A stretch of DNA of 63,990 nucleotides, filler included, from Thermoplasmatota archaeon (GTDB taxonomy: Archaea; Thermoplasmatota; E2; JACPAO01; JAHFTW01): NCBI GenBank assembly GCA_041623215.1. It is 7 parts of 7 records of this genome, joined end to end, with 100 filler letters (N's around TTAATTAATTAA, not from the genome) between each part and the next. Parts side by side here need not be neighbours in the genome. Positions count along the whole stretch, not along the records: positions 58,250 to 63,990 come from JBFJXH010000110.1; 6 more parts are not named here. One strand, given 5' to 3'. The translations under genes and the position numbers were made by a program. Below the pieces are notes generated by a model, which was not told the DNA's origin, made no database searches, and saw only the letters and a list, made by a program, of their open reading frames with translations. Positions 62,390 to 63,990 of this stretch are shown piece after piece (within the stretch, counting starts at the first letter, position 1; every line of letters starts with the position of its first letter).

Positions 62390-63109
62390 ATGGCTTGGCT
62401 TTGGACTGTGATGCGACCCTGGGCGATGCTGATTCTGCGGGTTGTGTTCCGGATCCGCGTGGCAGGGGCTCATCACGTGCCCAAGAAAGGCCCTGCAATC
62501 CTGGCGAGCAATCACTTGTCGGCGGTGGACCATGTCGTGCTGCCTGCGGTAACGCGGCGCGTCATCATTAACATCAGCAAAGCGGAGCATTTTGAAAAGC
62601 CGGTGAAGGCGTGGTTTATGCGTCAATGGGGCGTGATTCCTCTCAAGCGTGGCACCGGTGACAACGCCGCTATTGAAACGGCCAAGGAGCAGATCAAGAA
62701 CGGTCATCTGTTCGCTATTTACCCTGAGGGAACAAGGAGTCGCGACGGCAAGCTCCACAAGGGCCACACGGGCGTGGCACGCCTGGCTTTGGAGCTGCGC
62801 GTTCCCATCATCCCTGTGGCCATGGTCGGCACGTATGAAGCAAAGCCCAAGGGCAAGCGAATGCGTTTCTTCACGCCATGCGCGGCCGTCGTCGGCGAAC
62901 CGATGATTTTTGAGGAACACTGGGGGAAGCACCAGGATCGAGGCGTGTGCCGCCAGGTGACGAACGAGGTAATGCGTGCCCTCGCCGAGCTTGGGGGCCA
63001 GGAGTACGTTGACGAGTACCAATTCAATCCAGACGTCCCCGGTTACGGCAAGAAGGGGGCCGATGGTGGCGAAGGCCGCAAGGCGGACAAGACTTCGCAG
63101 TCGGTCTGA
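62390..63109 (+). CDS. 1-acyl-sn-glycerol-3-phosphate acyltransferase-like (PlsC/LPLAT family)
   Basis: NHLSAVD (HxxxxD), SKAE, YPEGTRS, PIIPV; TATTAAA about 25 nt upstream. Confidence 0.9.
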   Translation: MAWLWTVMRPWAMLILRVVFRIRVAGAHHVPKKGPAILASNHLSAVDHVVLPAVTRRVIINISKAEHFEKPVKAWFMRQWGVIPLKRGTGDNAAIETAKEQIKNGHLFAIYPEGTRSRDGKLHKGHTGVARLALELRVPIIPVAMVGTYEAKPKGKRMRFFTPCAAVVGEPMIFEEHWGKHQDRGVCRQVTNEVMRALAELGGQEYVDEYQFNPDVPGYGKKGADGGEGRKADKTSQSV

Positions 63110-63293
63110 TGATTCACGCACGGCGGCCAACGGGAAGGAACCTGGCAGGCGGCTGCGAACCCGGATGTGTTATCAGCGAGCCTCGGGGGGACAACTGGGA
63201 AGAATCGGCAGGCTCGTCACCCCCTACTTTTGCTTCGGCGGCAGACAAGTCTGAAATAACGCACGTCGAATGGAGGACGCACCGAGGTCCTTC

Positions 63294-63527
63294 ATGGCAG
63301 TCGGATTTGTCCTAATCAGCGCAGCACCCCAGAAAGAACATGACGTGTACAACGCCATGCTGAAGGTGCCAGAAATCGTGGAGTTGCACCCGCTCTTTGG
63401 CGAGTACGACTTGATTGCCAAGCTGGAGGCGACAGACTTTGACACCCTCGGGCATGTCATCGTCAACCGCATCCGTAGCATCGAAGGTGTTGTGGACACG
63501 AAGACCCTTACCGGGACCAAGTTCTGA
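63294..63527 (+). CDS. Lrp/AsnC ligand-binding-domain-only protein
   Basis: GFVLI, LFGEYDLIAKLE, IRSIEGVVDTKT; no HTH domain. Confidence 0.88.
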   Translation: MAVGFVLISAAPQKEHDVYNAMLKVPEIVELHPLFGEYDLIAKLEATDFDTLGHVIVNRIRSIEGVVDTKTLTGTKF

Positions 63528-63832
63528 TGGCTGGCGCCGGCGGCATTTTCTTGTCCAATTTCCTGCTGGCGTTTGCCATCGCCCTCTTGGTAGCAGGCTT
63601 CTTTGGGGCGAAATTTAGCACTGGCAAAGGCCGGAGCGTGGGTCTCATTCTGGGACTCGTAGCGGTGCTGCTCATGGGCTTGTTCGCTGCGCTCACCTGG
63701 GACCTTGTGCCTGGATTGGTGCCGGTGTTTGATGCCGAGCTGATTAGTCAGTCTGTCATTGCTGTTACGGCGGCGCTACTGGGCACGGTCGCCGCTGGAA
63801 CGCTGTTTGTTGCCAGCGTCATGCGCAGTTAG
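63527..63832 (+). CDS. Small 3-TM membrane protein
   Basis: Three hydrophobic helices, G.F.A.FS.GKGRSVG motif; translationally coupled to the Lrp-domain gene. Confidence 0.7.
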   Translation: MAGAGGIFLSNFLLAFAIALLVAGFFGAKFSTGKGRSVGLILGLVAVLLMGLFAALTWDLVPGLVPVFDAELISQSVIAVTAALLGTVAAGTLFVASVMRS

Positions 63833-63888
63833 CCGGGGCTGCGGCTACGCCCGCCGGTCAAACCGGTTTACGACGGTCCACGCTGCCG

Positions 63889-63990
63889 CTAGGCTTGCCT
63901 GAGGGCTGCAATGCCCGGAAGGTCCTTGCCTTCGAGGAACTCCAAGCTCGCCCCACCGCCCGTGGAGACATGCGTCATCTGGGACGTCAA
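63889..63990 (-). CDS. pgk: Phosphoglycerate kinase, C-terminal fragment
   Basis: Minus strand reads [33 protein letters not shown], the conserved PGK C-terminus. Confidence 0.9.
   Translation of the reverse strand: MTSQMTHVSTGGGASLEFLEGKDLPGIAALRQA

Overview
This window is not one continuous locus. It is seven assembly contigs (about 1-10236, 10337-20330, 20431-30408, 30509-39980, 40081-49411, 49512-58149, 58250-63990) joined by artificial 100-nt N/TTAATTAATTAA/N linkers, so synteny only holds within a contig. The DNA is GC-rich and archaeal: it encodes Cbf5, Kae1, DUF373, DUF5611, an MptE-like protein and proteasome subunits, and many genes have a TATA box about 25 nt before a leaderless start. 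It is most likely a Thermoplasmatota-type metagenome-assembled genome (inference). Content includes housekeeping genes (nth, mutY, sucC/sucD, hppD, a DEAD-box helicase, a pgk fragment, tRNA-Ser), several giant secreted or surface proteins, and lipoproteins. The most unusual items are: (1) a coupled beta-alpha proteasome gene pair with a propeptide-less beta subunit and an alpha subunit with a rewritten gate; (2) a signal-peptide-bearing Hcp-like (T6SS tube) protein paired with a lipoprotein, with no other T6SS genes on its contig; (3) an SRAP/HMCES protein ending in a PCNA-binding PIP-box-like motif; (4) a subtilase that also carries a caspase-like (clan CD) domain; (5) a hairpin-rich repeat containing a tRNA 3' end; (6) a structured leader upstream of the DEAD-box helicase. 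All calls come from reading motifs by eye; no database searches were run.
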